In this document: positions 49,090 through 61,218 of the stretch, in pieces
How positions within the stretch are numbered: position 1 is the first letter of the stretch
Layout of the letters: each line of letters starts with the position of its first letter
Source: Macrostomum hystrix
Taxonomy: Eukaryota; Animalia; Platyhelminthes
Reading direction: 5' to 3'
NCBI GenBank assembly: GCA_950097015.1
Contig: CATNEN010000029.1
Span: 1,674,001-1,738,000 of the forward strand
DNA: 64,000 bases
The notes under the pieces: generated by a model
The model's database searches: none
Seen by the model: only the letters and a program-made list of their open reading frames with translations
What the model was told of the DNA's origin: nothing
Program-made: the position numbers and the translations under genes

Positions 49090-49309
49090 CTATGAGTTAA
49101 CTATTGCGCCGCGCATCAGAAGGCTGCGTAGGGCTGTTCAGTCCATGGACAGCACAGCCACATCAGTTAATGCTGGTACCCAGCTGGATGAACTAAAGCA
49201 ATGCAGAGTTAAGTGTCTTGCTAAAGGACACAATTTTTTTCTAGTGGAGTCGGGAATCGAACCCCCGACCTTCAAGTCGTGAGTCGGACGCTCTAACCGC
49301 TAGGCTACA
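49090..49309 (-). mobile_element. tRNA-derived CORE-type SINE (family B)
   Basis: Minus strand reads GTAGCCTAGCGGTTAGAGCGTCCGACTCACGACTTGAAGGTCGGGGGTTCGATTCCC, then the CORE-like segment; matches the 45117 copy. Confidence 0.8.
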
Positions 49310-49710
49310 ACCTGATCTAAGCTCTAAAAACTGGACTAACAGCTCCCTAGCGGATCATAACGATCATTTAGCAGGCCTTGTTGTTGCCATGCGGATGTCT
49401 CTGGGGAGAAATGCCTGTTCTATTCCCACCGGTGTAGAATTACGGAATTTAATTCTCGCCTTCTGCCGCACCATCCCCAAACTGATGACGACAAGCTGAG
49501 CAGAGCGGCATGAGCAGACGCTGCAGCCAATAGGAAGCCACCATTCTGCATGGTGTAGCTCCTATTTAGCACCCTCAGCAATGTCTGTTCCCATCTCCCC
49601 TCTATAACTGATCGCCACGTTAGCGACTTCTGTATTCGATTCGGTCGTAGGCCCAGTGCAGTGGCTAGCCAATGTCAGTTTAACAATCATTTAACAACAA
49701 GCAAGACAGC

Positions 49711-52700
49711 ATGGCTGTTGGGACTAAACAACAGCTGCTGCTTCTTCTAGTAGCGATCCTGGCTGCATCAGCCGGCCGCATAAGCAATCGGGACAGCAAC
49801 AACTGCTTCGACATCCGGCAAGGCGGACGCGTGCTCTACAGCCTACCAGCGTTCAATGGCACCAAGTGAGCAGTCAGTTTGAGAATGACATTGTGCAGGA
49901 ATGGACTATTGTTCAACGGTCAGTTATTTATCAAAGTCCTAATTCCATAGTGATAGTTGATTCTAAGGCTTGTAATCATGTCACATGGATATACGATCAT
50001 GTCACATGGGTATACGATCATGTCACATGGATATACGATCATGTCACATGGGTATACGATCATGTCACATGGATATACGATCATGTCACATGGATATACG
50101 ATCATGTCACATGGATATACGATCATGTCACATGGGTATACGATCATGTCACATGGATATACGATCATGTCACATGGATATACGATCATGTCACATGGGT
50201 ATACGATCATGTCACATGGATATACGATCATGTCACATGGGTATACGATCATGTCACATGGATATACGATCATGTCACATGGGTATACGATCATATCACC
50301 TTGAGATAAGCGATCATATCACCTTGATAAGCGATCATATCACCTTGATAAGCGATCATGTCATAGGGATAAGCGATCATGTCACCGTGAAAAGCGATCA
50401 TGTCATAGGGATAAGCGATCATATCACCTTGATAAGCGATCATGTCATAGGGATAAGCAATCATGTCACCGTGATAAGCGATCATGTCATATGGACATAA
50501 ACCGATTACGACATTATGAGGATAATTTATACTCGTAGTAAATTCGTGTTTTAAAAAGGGTTCTAATAAAATTGTTATATTGTTTTATAAAAAAATTCAT
50601 TGAGCAAGTGACGTCCCTCAAAATTGCTCGATTGTTTAAAAATGCTACCTAATTTGACAATATGAATCCTTTCAGCCTTTTTTCAATGGTGTCTTTTTGA
50701 CTTCTAAATCTACCAATTTATTGTTTAATCCAGTTGGAAAATAAAATGCTTGCCTAAATATCACACGGAATCATAAAATGGGACCTGTATAGGTCGAAGA
50801 TAGTTAACAACAATCATCCGGTATGTAGGTCAACTAAAATATAATCTTTCTCAAACATCTGGCTTCATGTGATATTAAATTGTGTCTTAATTTTGTATCA
50901 TACTGCAGCTGTCAGTTTTTACACCCGATTTGAAAACTACAGCTCCGTCCTGAATATCATCAACTAACTGTCACTATTCTGTCAGGCACTATCGCCGACA
51001 ACGGACATGCGGGAGAAGTACAGTCCATAGTGCACTTCAAAAACTAAAGTCTTAGAGTGAAAAATACTCGTACATTGTATACCAGTTGAAGCTAATTACC
51101 CAATTGTCGCTTAGTCACAGCGGTAGCTAATTACCCAACTGTCCTTCAGTCACAGCGGTAGCTAATTACCCAATTGTCCTTCAGTCACAGCGGTAGCTAA
51201 TTACCCAACTGTCCTTCAGTCACAGCGGTAGCTAATTGCCCAACTGTCTTTCAGTCACAGCGGTAGCTAATTACCCAACTGTCCTTCAGTCACAGCGGTA
51301 GCTAATTACCCAACTGTCCTTCAGTCACAGCGGTAGCTAATTACCCAATTGTCGCTTAGTCACAGCGGTTGCTAATTACCCAACTGTCCTTCAGTCACAG
51401 CAGTAGCTAATCTAAACAACATTCACTATATCGCTAATGGAAGTATATTTTCCTAAATCATTTATTGAAATAAAAATCCATGAATAATCTACTGCTTATA
51501 AGTCGTAAACTTTGAATAAGGACAAATATTTTCTAGTAAAAATGTTGAGTTGACCGTGCTGATATTTCATACACTAAAGACTATTGACTCAGTGAAAAAT
51601 TTTTGTTATTAAAATCAACTATTACAACCAGCTAATGGACATTAAAAAGTGGCGAGAAAAGAAATTCAAATTGACAGGTCGGGTTAAAATATTGTACCCC
51701 AGAACCCGACAAATTTGATGGATCAGTATAGTTGGCAGGTGTATCGGGATTTTACATTAATGATCGTTGCATCTAAGTTTCCTCTTAAAAGAGGAAGTCA
51801 ACTCACATTTGGTCTACTAATATTGAGTTTGGACAAGTACAGCTTTAGATTATTCGTTTGAGCCATTATTTTAACGGCCGTGCGTTTTATTTTAGAGCTC
51901 GATTATGAAATTGGCGTTGGGGTCATTAGCGGGATGGGGTGGCCCAAGAGACTGGAGACTAGAGTGACCGAGGGCGATAGTTAAAAGAAAGCTTAAATAG
52001 ATTAACGAGTGACGACTAAATGGGATTTGTTGAAGTCAATGTGACTTAGGATAGTGTAAATAGTGAGTGGCAGAGTTAGAGATACAATCAATAGAGGGGC
52101 AAATATGAGAAAACAAAGAAACGAAATAGAAAAGAGGTAGGACGTGACAAAGATAAGAAAGAGGAGATTAGAGAGGAGACAGAAGAGATTAGAGAGGAGA
52201 CAGTCGACAGAAGAGATTAGAGAGGAGACAGAAGAGATTAGAGAGGAGACAGTCGACAGAAGAGATTAGAGAGGAGACAGAAGAGATCAGAGAGGAGACA
52301 AAAGAGATTAGAGAGGAGACAGAAGAGATTAGAGAGGAGACAGAAGAGATTAGAGAGGAGACAGAAGAGATTAGAGAGGAGACAGAAGAGATTAGAGAGG
52401 AGACAGAAGAGATTAGACATAAGTTAGAGGGAAAAGAGGGGGCAGTGTGAAAAATGAGAGCAAATTCGAGTAAGATAGAGAAGCGGAGAGTAGGCAAGGA
52501 GGGAAGGTTGGCCAAAAATCAAGCAATCCTTGAAAAAAGGCTAAAACAAAGAAAAAGAAGGTGAAAATATCAAAGTCGAGACAGAAGTCGTGGGCTCGGG
52601 GGGTATTGCTTCAGGCAGCGAATTAATTTCCGCCAGCTCTGCAGACATTCGGGCAACACAGTGGTCGGCCGCTCGTCTAATTAGGCGATATCATCGGGCC

Positions 52701-55700
52701 ACGCGGGCCAAGGAGGACAAGCAGGCGAAGGCGGCGTAGAAGAGGATTTCCCTCTGACTTGGACCTCGCCGATGATTGCGCGATGAAGAGGAAAAATGAA
52801 ATTTTCCACTCACCCCCCTAGAGTCCTTCGCTGGTATCCTATCCTATGTAGCGTGGGATCCTATATACTTGGATTCAATTTAGCCCTAACTGGGAAGTGG
52901 AGGCTGCTCAAGACTGCTCATGACCATCCAGTTATCTGGCTGCATTACTCACTGTTGCTTCTGGCAGTCCATTTGTTTCTTAGCTGTATAAGTTTACTTT
53001 CAATATTTGTCTCTGTTCAAGTGTGTGTGTGTCTTTGTGTGTCTTTCATATTACGCGACCATTTTAAGCAATCAAAGGGACTTCATCTCATTTCCTTACA
53101 TTTTTATAACTTCCTCGCGTTATTTTAATATACCATCATTTTCCATTAATCAACATAGCTATTGCGCGGCGCTTACAAAGACTGTGTACAACTGTTCAGT
53201 CCTAGTTTAGGTGTACAAGTAGTTTAGGTAGAGAACTGAAGTAATGGGTGATTAAATGTTTCTAGTTTAGGTGGAAAGGTGAGTGACACAGCGGTCTAAC
53301 GCGTTTTCCTCTCGCGTTACCAAGGTCCCTGAGCTCGATTCCGCGGCGAGGCCACATTCATTTGGGTCGCAGCCGCGGAGAGAAGGCTTGAGGGCTTGTC
53401 GTGCAATTTACGACCTTTAGGGCCATGCAACCTCCAAGGCACAGTGAGAGTGTACACTGCCTGACGATGAGAAAGTCAGGGCAGATGTACACCGCTGTGT
53501 GAGCGAGTACCTGCGTACAGTATCTGTGTGCGTGTGTGCTCAGGAGTCAGCGAAATGGGCAGAATTGCCTCCTCGCTGGCTGCGGGTCTAGTGTCACCAA
53601 ATAATGTGTTAGTGCCAGACACAGACATTTTTTCATGGGCTGAGAATCGAACTCCCGACCTCTTGTAAGGAGTTCGAAGTTCTAACCTCTGGGCCACCAC
53701 CTCTAATCGTTTCTAGTGTTGTCTTGATGTTTTATAAAAATAACTTTAATTCTAAGCCCAAAACATTTTCAAGATTTATATAGTCAAGCATTTTAGTCCC
53801 AGTAGAACTGCCAAGAGATTTGGCATCAATGAAAATTATTCTCCCCAGGTGCATAATTAACAGCGTCCCAATATCCAGCGCCACTACCCCACTGCGAGTA
53901 TACAGATAGGCAAGCAGGATTCGCTGACGAAAAAACCTGCAGAATTTATGAGCCTCAAAAGCTGCATCCTCAGACAAGAAGAGGAACAGCAGTCGCAGAA
54001 GCAGATCCACGTATAGAGACAGTGCAAGAGGGAGATAAAGCAATGGCAGGGAGAGGGAGACAGAGAAAAGCCCTCAGTGCAAGCGTTTGCTTTGGGATTA
54101 AGAAGGCGCATGCGAGCACAATATTGACTCAAACGAGAACGAGAGACTGCCAAGGCCCACTAACGCACATTGCTAGTGGACAAAAAAAACAGAGAGAGGC
54201 TTTGGTCGAGCGGTTCGGCCTAATGGATAATCGGAGCATCTGGAAGCACGGGGGACAATTGTATTGGCAAGGATGCGAGGGGAAGGGGAAAGTTCTCCCA
54301 GTCTCTATGGCAGGGATTTGTGAGCGATGGGAGACTGAAAGAGCGAGTCCAGATTGCTGCGCGCTGAAAGTTTCCGGCTGACACGAGTTTGGTTTTAAGC
54401 TGACGGAGCTCGATTGAAATCTGGTTGTGCTCGGAGATTTAAATCTCGCTTCATACAGCCGAATCAGGTCCGTATTTGACTGGAAAAATAATATGCTTCT
54501 GCTTTGTTCATGTTTTTGTAGCCAGGAGAGGAGGTTGTAGCCAAGCTATAATAGTAGTGGCTAGCTTCGCCCTTCTGACCGAGAGGTCGTGAGTTCGATT
54601 CACGGCGAAATGAAAATAGTTCATGCCACCCTAGAGCTAGGCTATTAATTCCCTACCTCACATTAAGTCTACGGACTGAAAAGCTGTACACAGCCATTTG
54701 AAGAGCCGCGCAATATTTTTGGCCTGCAATCTGGCTGATTATTAGGTGTTTGAGTATATACACTTGTACATTTTAGATGATAACAATCAGATAAGGTTAT
54801 CAGTAAATATTCTGTTTTTATACGAATAGAACATATCAGTGTTACGTTTCTTCATTAAACTTTTTACTGTCATTATTCACCCAATAACTAACCTACCAAC
54901 ATTAACCTATTTCAGCGCTGTCATTACACTGCAATTCCTCAGCTACCACAAGGATGGCGTCATTCTCTACCTGTCTGGCCACCACGGCGACTACATGGGC
55001 CTTTACTTGAAGGACGGCATTCTCAACTATTTCATATTCAATCCAAGTAGGCTAGACTGGTCGCTAAGGGGCATCCAGATCAACACTAAGGAGCCACTGG
55101 AGATTAATAAAAACTATGCGGTAAGTGCTATGCTGGCCTACTCACCCGGATACGAATGTAATCGTTGGTGCCGTTGTGTGGCGAGGCCACGTTAATTTAG
55201 TACGCAACCGCGGAGACTTGGGGGCTTGTCATGCTATTTAAAGCCATCAGGGCTAACCACAATAATAATAATAACAATTTTAGGAGGGCTGCGGGCAATG
55301 GCACATCATTTGGTGACACTAGACCCACGGTCAGCGAGGAGGCATTTCGCTGACTCCTGAGCACACACTCACACAGGTGTACATCTGCTCTGACTTTCTC
55401 ATCGTCAGGCAGTGTACACTCCCACTGTCTCTTGGAGGTTGGCCCTCAAGGCCGTAAATTTCACGACAAGCTCCCAAGCCATTACTTCGCGGTTGCGCCT
55501 AAATAAATTTGGCCTCGCCACGGAATCGAGCTCAGGGACCTTGGTGCGAGAGGCAAACGCGTTAGACCGCTCAGCCCTGGGCCAACCACCAAGGCGATGG
55601 TCAGAGCAGTCAGAGCAGATGTACACACCTGAGTGCGTGTACTCAGGATTTGCCTCTTCGCTAGCTGCGAATACACTCACCAAAACAATGCATCAGAGAC

Positions 55701-58700
55701 CACAACCCAAAACAAAGATTACCTATTTTCTGCTACGTTTTCAACTCGAAAATTCTCTTTCAAGTAATTTCCACTGTAGTTAAATGTAATGGAAGCAGTG
55801 TTTTTATTACCTTGAAAATCTGTGATGCCAAGTTTTATGGCCCAGTATATGGTAGAGTGAGTCAGCCCTTAGAACCCATTAGTAGCGCTTCCTTTACAAG
55901 CTCCCCTGTGCAATAACTTTTCAACTTTCCTTTTCAACAGTTAAGCACTGTAAAAAATGCATTTCGCTATAATTCCACGATGCAACAGCTCTCGGTACAG
56001 CCGTGGACATTGTCTTGAAATATCGGTTAAGACAATTAATGTCTGCATTGCTAGGATTGCTAAAGGGAAGAGAACAAAAATGTTGCTTTAACAAGCCTCC
56101 TTAACCCTGTATTGTCAGTTGCCTAGACTTTTCTGTACGACTCTGCGTCATAGCTCAAGGGGCGGTGCGTGATGCAAAACATTCTCGGGTGGCGGGTGCA
56201 CAATATTTTACCGCTGACAGCCCTCTTTATTGACAAAAGGAAGCTGAATTGCGTGATGAAGCTTTTGACGCGAACACAGACGGACCGCCTCCGCCGCGCG
56301 CACGCTTATTCGCAAGCGGGTTTCGGGTGCTGAAAACTTTGCCATGCCAGGTATTTTTATGCCAGGCATGCAGACATGACTGGCACTAGGCGTCATTATT
56401 TTCTTTGCTGGTATTTAACTTCTCTGCCAACTTTGCTACTGAGTTTTTAAAGAAAGCATCAATAGTTTTAAAGTAAAGGTAGATGGACAGATAGAACTAA
56501 CTACAAAAAGCCCAGAAATTACAGTCCATGGACTTCACTTAGCTGCATCAATTTAGTTAGTTAACTATAGGGATGAGATTTAAACTAACGACCTTATCTG
56601 TCAGTAGTCCGAAGCTCTAACCACTTGGCTTTTTGAAAGGACACAAACTGTACGCTTTCGAACCCTTGCACAGGTGGAATTCATGTACAACTTTGCGCAG
56701 TACCAGAGCTTCCGCAATAGTATACTGTTTTCTACCGGACTAAGATTGGACAATCGCGAAGTCGAGATCTATGACTATCACATTCCGGATATTCAATTCA
56801 AGGCGCCAATCTACCTGGGCGGTGGACCAAGTGGCTTGGTAAGGCTATATATACAAATTGAATTAGTAAAATTATGCTTCACAGTTTTACAACAACTACA
56901 GAGCTATAGGCAAATAGTAGTTGCCCTTCCGTTCACGGATGAGATAAAAATGGAGAACAAACATAGATTTGAGCAGCTAAACTTCAGGGCGTGATGAGTT
57001 AGTTGTCTACAGGTGACTCAAGCCAGGCGGGATGAAATCATTGCAAAATCTGCAGCTATAGAATACCTGCAGCTTAGCATTGCAGTTGCTCGGCGGAGGT
57101 AGTTGTTGGGCGGAGGTAGCATGAGAAGCATTGTGCCACGAGAAGCATTCAATTCATTCACTGACGTGAGGCTGACTGGAGCTTGGAAGGGACAAGGATA
57201 TAATGGGAAGACAAAGGGCCGTTTGTACGTGACGAAAGTATAGCATGCGCAGGGCCAGTCAAATAGGTCGCGATTTGTGTGAAGCTATAGTAGGGAAACC
57301 TTTCAGCAGGAGGCACTCGCTAAAGTCAAGTTTTTTATCAGTTAGATTTGGAGGCCAATTCTCGCTAGACTCATAAACTGCATGGGCCTGCTTGTAGGTA
57401 GCGGGCATCTACAGCAAGTAAGGCCTCGAGCAGGGTTTTTTAAACCTAGAGCACAAGATTGAGAACCACGCAGGGAAAGAAACGCATTTTCAAGTGCGCC
57501 CGTTTGGAGTTGAAAATTGCTCTCTTGAGCTAACAGACAGCTGTGTGGTATATAACGGCTCTAATACTGCATGTATAATGTGTATATAATCTTTCCACTT
57601 TCCTATGCAACCAGAGCTGGCCAACGAAAACTGCTACCCGCCCAGTCCTCCAAGCCACTCACTTCACTATATTAGACCCACATTCGCAGTGCAGCCTGGC
57701 ATTATTATACCTTGCCAGTCTGCACTGCCCACTACAGGCCAAGCAGCAGCAGCAGCAGCAACAGCTTCATTAGCAATAGGGGATCTCTCTGGCGACAGTT
57801 AGGGCCGTCTATAGCGACCAAGGCTAGCGAATCGGGAAGAATGGCAGCCATGCAGCCAGCCCTGCCTGCAAGCCATATCGGCCCCTACCATTCATTGCGA
57901 CCTGCTTTTTTGTCCATCGAATCAATTTCGGCGCGGGGGATCAACTATAGGGCCGAATTCCAATAAAATTCTACTCAGCATCAGCCAGAAAAGTCATCAT
58001 TCAGGTCTTATTGCCTAGCTATCCTACTCCGATCTGGCATACCGTATTTCTCTCTTTTTGGCAATCAGAAGACCTGCTTTTCCTTGCTGTATAACGGGAA
58101 GTGGCTATATTCTTCGCCCCAACACGACAAAGCAGTGGTTTTTGCTAGCAAACAAAGAATTAACGCGAAAGGGAAGACAAGAATTGTTTCTTCTATTTAT
58201 TGGTCTCAGTTTCTAGGGGAAAATCTATGCACAGAGTGCAGCGATATCTAACAGTTATCGCATGGTGCCCTAATATTTAACTACCGATTGAATGAAAATG
58301 GATTTAGCATTTTTACAAATCTTTGCAACTCAAAAAAATCTTTAGAATGGGGAATTTGAGCACTCAGAATAGAAGGCTCAGTTTTAACCGTTTTTAGGTT
58401 TTTAGATACATACTCAAACTTCACCCATATGGACTCAGTCCAAACTCTTCCATTCCATTAAAGTAGTTCATGCAGTCGTTTTAATGACACTGTCAGATTT
58501 AATCCCTGAAATACATATTCAATGCTTCGACCTTGTTAATTTCACATTCGCACAGGCCCTAGATCGACCGCGAATATAGCAGTTAAACTAAGGGCCTTTT
58601 ATTTTCCTCTTTCCACCCTGCGCATATGCTGCCTCTATACATGCAAAGGTCGCCTACCCCCAACTGAATTCCCGCAGAATCTGCACGTGCCAGACTTCGA

Positions 58701-58779
58701 AGGACTCATTAGGGACGTGCGGATCAACGACGCCTATGTGAAAAGTGCGAAGACCAACCAGCGAGTGAAGGAGTGCTAA
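49711..58779 (+). CDS. Secreted single laminin-G-domain protein, ~208 aa; exons 49711-49865, 54916-55120, 56674-56838, 58678-58779
   Basis: Signal peptide MAVGTKQQLLLLLVAILAASAG, then LPAFNGT, ITLQFLSYHKDGVILY..DYMGLYLKDG, PIYLGG and FEGLIRDVRIN..C*. All junctions are GT..AG with compatible phases (2, 0, 0). The exon1-exon2 link is less certain and a short exon may be missed. Confidence 0.78.
49975..50500. repeat. Two-domain 21-bp minisatellite: (GATCATGTCACATGGATATAC)n switching at ~50290 to (GATCATATCACCTTGATAAGC)-type units
   Basis: Directly visible; lies in LamG intron 1. Confidence 0.95.
51090..51410. repeat. 35-bp minisatellite (AGCTAATTACCCAACTGTCCTTCAGTCACAGCGGT)n, ~9 units
   Basis: Directly visible. 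Confidence 0.93.
52160..52420. repeat. 21-bp minisatellite (AGAAGAGATTAGAGAGGAGAC)n
   Basis: Directly visible. Confidence 0.93.
53276..53615 (+). mobile_element. tRNA-derived SINE family A, full-length copy
   Basis: A-box TGACACAGCGG, B-box GAGCTCGATTCC, the family body and the 3' segment GGGTCTAGTGTCACCAAAT. Confidence 0.85.
53625..53700 (-). other. Degenerate tRNA-like sequence (probable SINE head or tRNA pseudogene, Val-TAC-like loop)
   Basis: Minus strand GGTGGTGGCCCAGAGGTTAGAAC...CTTACAA...GGGAGTTCGATTCTC with imperfect stems. Similar heads occur at ~18110-18170, ~22700-22730, ~54555-54610 and ~56585-56630. Confidence 0.5.
55178..55665. mobile_element. Nested SINE family A: full minus-strand copy (~55261-55577, with ATT tail) inside a plus-strand copy (~55178-55255 and ~55605-55665)
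   Basis: 55301-55577 is the reverse complement of the 53276 copy. The flanks match successive plus-strand parts of the same family. Confidence 0.75.
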
Positions 58780-58810
58780 AGACTCAATTATGGCCGGGAT
58801 GTTTACAATG

Positions 58811-59025
58811 AAAACTAAAAAAGCCGTCCAAAAAGAGTTGACCTAAAACGCTAGTTTACGGGACTGCCTGTCAACCCACTTTACTACGCATATTGAAGTA
58901 TCATTTTCCGGAAATAAAAACTAAAAAAGCCGTCCAAAAAGAGTTGACCTAAAACGCTAGTTTACGGGACTGCCTGTCAACCCACTTTACTACGCATATT
59001 GAAGTATCATTTTCCGGAAATAAAA
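58811..59025. repeat. Perfect 106-bp direct tandem duplication just 3' of the LamG stop
   Basis: AAAACTAAAAAAGCCGTCC...TTCCGGAAATA occurs at 58811 and at 58917. Confidence 0.93.
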
Positions 59026-59600
59026 ACTTACTCAAGCTAGGGTTAATATAAATATAATGCTTTGAATCAATTCTACAAATGATGTGTAAGCTGTTTACTT
59101 TTACAGTCTCATTAAATATTAGTTGTATACTTTACCCTGCTAACACAATTGCTACCCATTAGCTGTTTGAGCAAGTATTTCTCATGCATTCATTTGTCTG
59201 CGATAATATTGATTTTTTCTAAAACTGTCAAAATACATCAAGCACATTTAATGCAAACGACACAGTCTAACAAGTGAAGTGCGGAAATGTTAGTGTATAA
59301 CTTGCAAACCATTTGATCTGTAAGTACAGTTTTCACTCTCATCTGAATTTACTCCCGTTTTTTTTCAAATTATGTCCTTTTGTGGAATGAAAATTCTATC
59401 TATACTACTCAAAGAAATTAAAGTGTTAAATGAGCAGATTAAGCCTAGTTGGGCCAGATGGCCAGCGGCGCTTCCAAAGACTGATGAGGGTTTCGCCACA
59501 ACCACCATTTTTATCTCTGCGTGTTGCTAATGTGCACAAATTGCTTCCTTGGGCTAAGATAAGAAATCCAGACCTCTCGGTCGGAAGGCCAAAGCTTTAA

Positions 59601-59870
59601 CAGTAGAAAGAACACTCTATTTTTCCGATAGGGAACGACCACGGGGGTATTTCAAATCCCACTGCCGACTTCACGACAGCTCCCAAACCGAATGACCGAT
59701 TTTCGTAAAAGTCCACCATCAACTAACTTTCAAAGCCATCCGACGCCAGCATCGTCAAGATATTCAGCGATTCTTGTCGAAGACCCTGGTGACAAGGACA
59801 ACTAACATGCTTTGTATAAATCTCTATGCAAATCTATATTTGTTTAATATTTGAATATTCTAGGAGATAT
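59601..59870. mobile_element. MITE-like family C copy (internally deleted)
   Basis: Shares the terminus and interior with the 22245 and 32727 copies. Confidence 0.72.
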
Positions 59871-60183
59871 AGAGTGTATAAACATCTCACTTAAGTCATC
59901 TATTTACATGACATTTATACAGTAACTAGAATGGGAAACTGAAAGCCAAAGATACAGATGCAAAAATGCTAGCTAAAATGCAAGTCTGGCATATCAAATT
60001 ATCTGCAATAGTAAATAGTAAAAGCTGTCAATGTTGATTGCCGCACACATCTTGAGCCATTTCGATCGAACCATTTGAAGCGTCTAAAAATAAAAAAAAC
60101 GCGAAATTTAAAATTGATTCGAAGCTATAAAAAGTTACCTAGAGTACAGGTTGGTTTTAAAATGGCTACTTTGATACACCAGT

Positions 60184-60269
60184 AAAATCAGGACTTCTTA
60201 GAGGATAGAAATATATAATCTGATCATGCTAAGAGATTCAATATTATTAAAATACTTTCATCACGAGAA
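60184..60269 (-). ncRNA. SNORD61: Box C/D snoRNA, SNORD61/U61-like, distal copy
   Basis: C box GTGATGA (60264-60258) and D box CTGA (60191-60188). Guide TCCTCTAAGAAGT(C) is complementary to conserved 18S ACUUCUUAGAGGG. Intronic. Confidence 0.82.
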
Positions 60270-60431
60270 TAGTGTACGGTGGAAAATATTTTCAGATCAA
60301 ACAGATAGGCAAACTCACATTGCTATCCTACTCGTGAGTAGCTTCATCTGAAAAAATGTGACAGAACTGATGAAATACAAAAACCAAGACAAGGGCATTT
60401 TATAGTAGTCACTAAACTAAAGAAAACAATA

Positions 60432-60525
60432 AAGGTCAGAACTTCTTAGAGTTTAAGCCACATGAGAACGCATCAACATGACTGTTGTTGCATTTTTTCA
60501 ACAGAGAATGGTTTCATCATTTTTT
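60432..60525 (-). ncRNA. SNORD61: Box C/D snoRNA, SNORD61/U61-like
   Basis: C box ATGATGA (60520-60514) and D box CTGA (60439-60436). The 12-nt guide CTCTAAGAAGTT abuts box D. Confidence 0.87.
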
Positions 60526-60773
60526 AATGTACAATAGCTTCAATACACTAGCTACATTTATTTAAAATAGAGCCGTTTAAACTCACAGAATACGAACAAG
60601 TATAAGATGCTCAAGAATGCTGCACTTGTGTACAACATTCGTGTGCTGTTTAGATCTGAAATTAAGGCGATAATTATTGTCTTTTTTATTTTCAATATTC
60701 AAAGCATTTCAAAATACACTACAAGCAACCATACTACTGATATTCGGTTTCTGAGTAGTAAAGCGAGGATATA

Positions 60774-60865
60774 ATATTCAGAACTTCTTAGAGTTAAGGC
60801 CACACGAGAACGCATCAACATGATAGTTGCGCATTCTTCAACAGAGAATGGTTTCATCATTTTTC
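60774..60865 (-). ncRNA. SNORD61: Box C/D snoRNA, SNORD61/U61-like
   Basis: C box ATGATGA (60860-60854), D box CTGA (60781-60778) and the same 12-nt guide; close paralogue of the 60432 copy. Confidence 0.87.
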
Positions 60866-61064
60866 AATGCTTAGCCTCAATCTTAGCTGATTTACGAGTA
60901 AAATAGCACAAAATCTTTTAACAGATTGTGAAAACTTACAGAGTTTAAACAAGCATCAGATGTCCACCGGAAGCATCTGAAATAAAAGTGACAATGTGAT
61001 TTTTTACTTTAGAGGATTTTATTACATAACAAGCAAAGCACTACTCATGCTAGCTTCCTGAAAA

Positions 61065-61158
61065 GCATTCAGAACTTCTTAGAGTTACGGCTACATTTTA
61101 AGTACAAACCATCAAGGCTTGCACCCTGTTTCAACAATAGATGATTTCATCACAAATA
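61065..61158 (-). ncRNA. SNORD61: Box C/D snoRNA, SNORD61/U61-like, proximal copy
   Basis: C box GTGATGA (61153-61147), D box CTGA (61072-61069), the same guide and a short terminal stem GTAT/ATGC. Confidence 0.85.
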
Positions 61159-61218
61159 CTGGAATGCTCTACTAAAGAGTCAGATAATAACATGTCTGCA
61201 GCCACTGACACAGCAATG

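Larger units (their letters stand above)
60083..61210 (-). other. Non-coding snoRNA-host exon/intron array: exons 60976-60940 (37 nt), 60655-60587 (69 nt), 60347-60319 (29 nt), terminal exon starting at 60083 and running leftward (end not determined)
   Basis: Each mini-exon is bounded by TTTCAG| and |GTRAGT, with one snoRNA per intron. The joined exons close all three frames. Candidate first donor T|GTCAGT at 61209. Confidence 0.78.

Noticed and set aside
49230-49309. Possible tRNA-Val(CAC) gene
   Set aside because: The anticodon stem is mismatched and it runs directly into a CORE-like SINE body also present at 45117, so it is a SINE head.
52630-52740. IQ-like peptide AARLIRRYHRATR
   Set aside because: An isolated short frame inside LamG intron 1 with an incompatible phase and no partner exons.
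57690-57780. Signal-peptide-like MKLLLLLLLLGL on the minus strand
   Set aside because: It derives from a (CAG)n tract and stops after 12 codons.
60497-60513. D' guide of the middle snoRNAs as a U6 ACAGAGA-box guide
   Set aside because: Only about 8 contiguous nt (TTCTCTGT) match U6 ACAGAGAA, and this overlaps the D' box; too short to claim.
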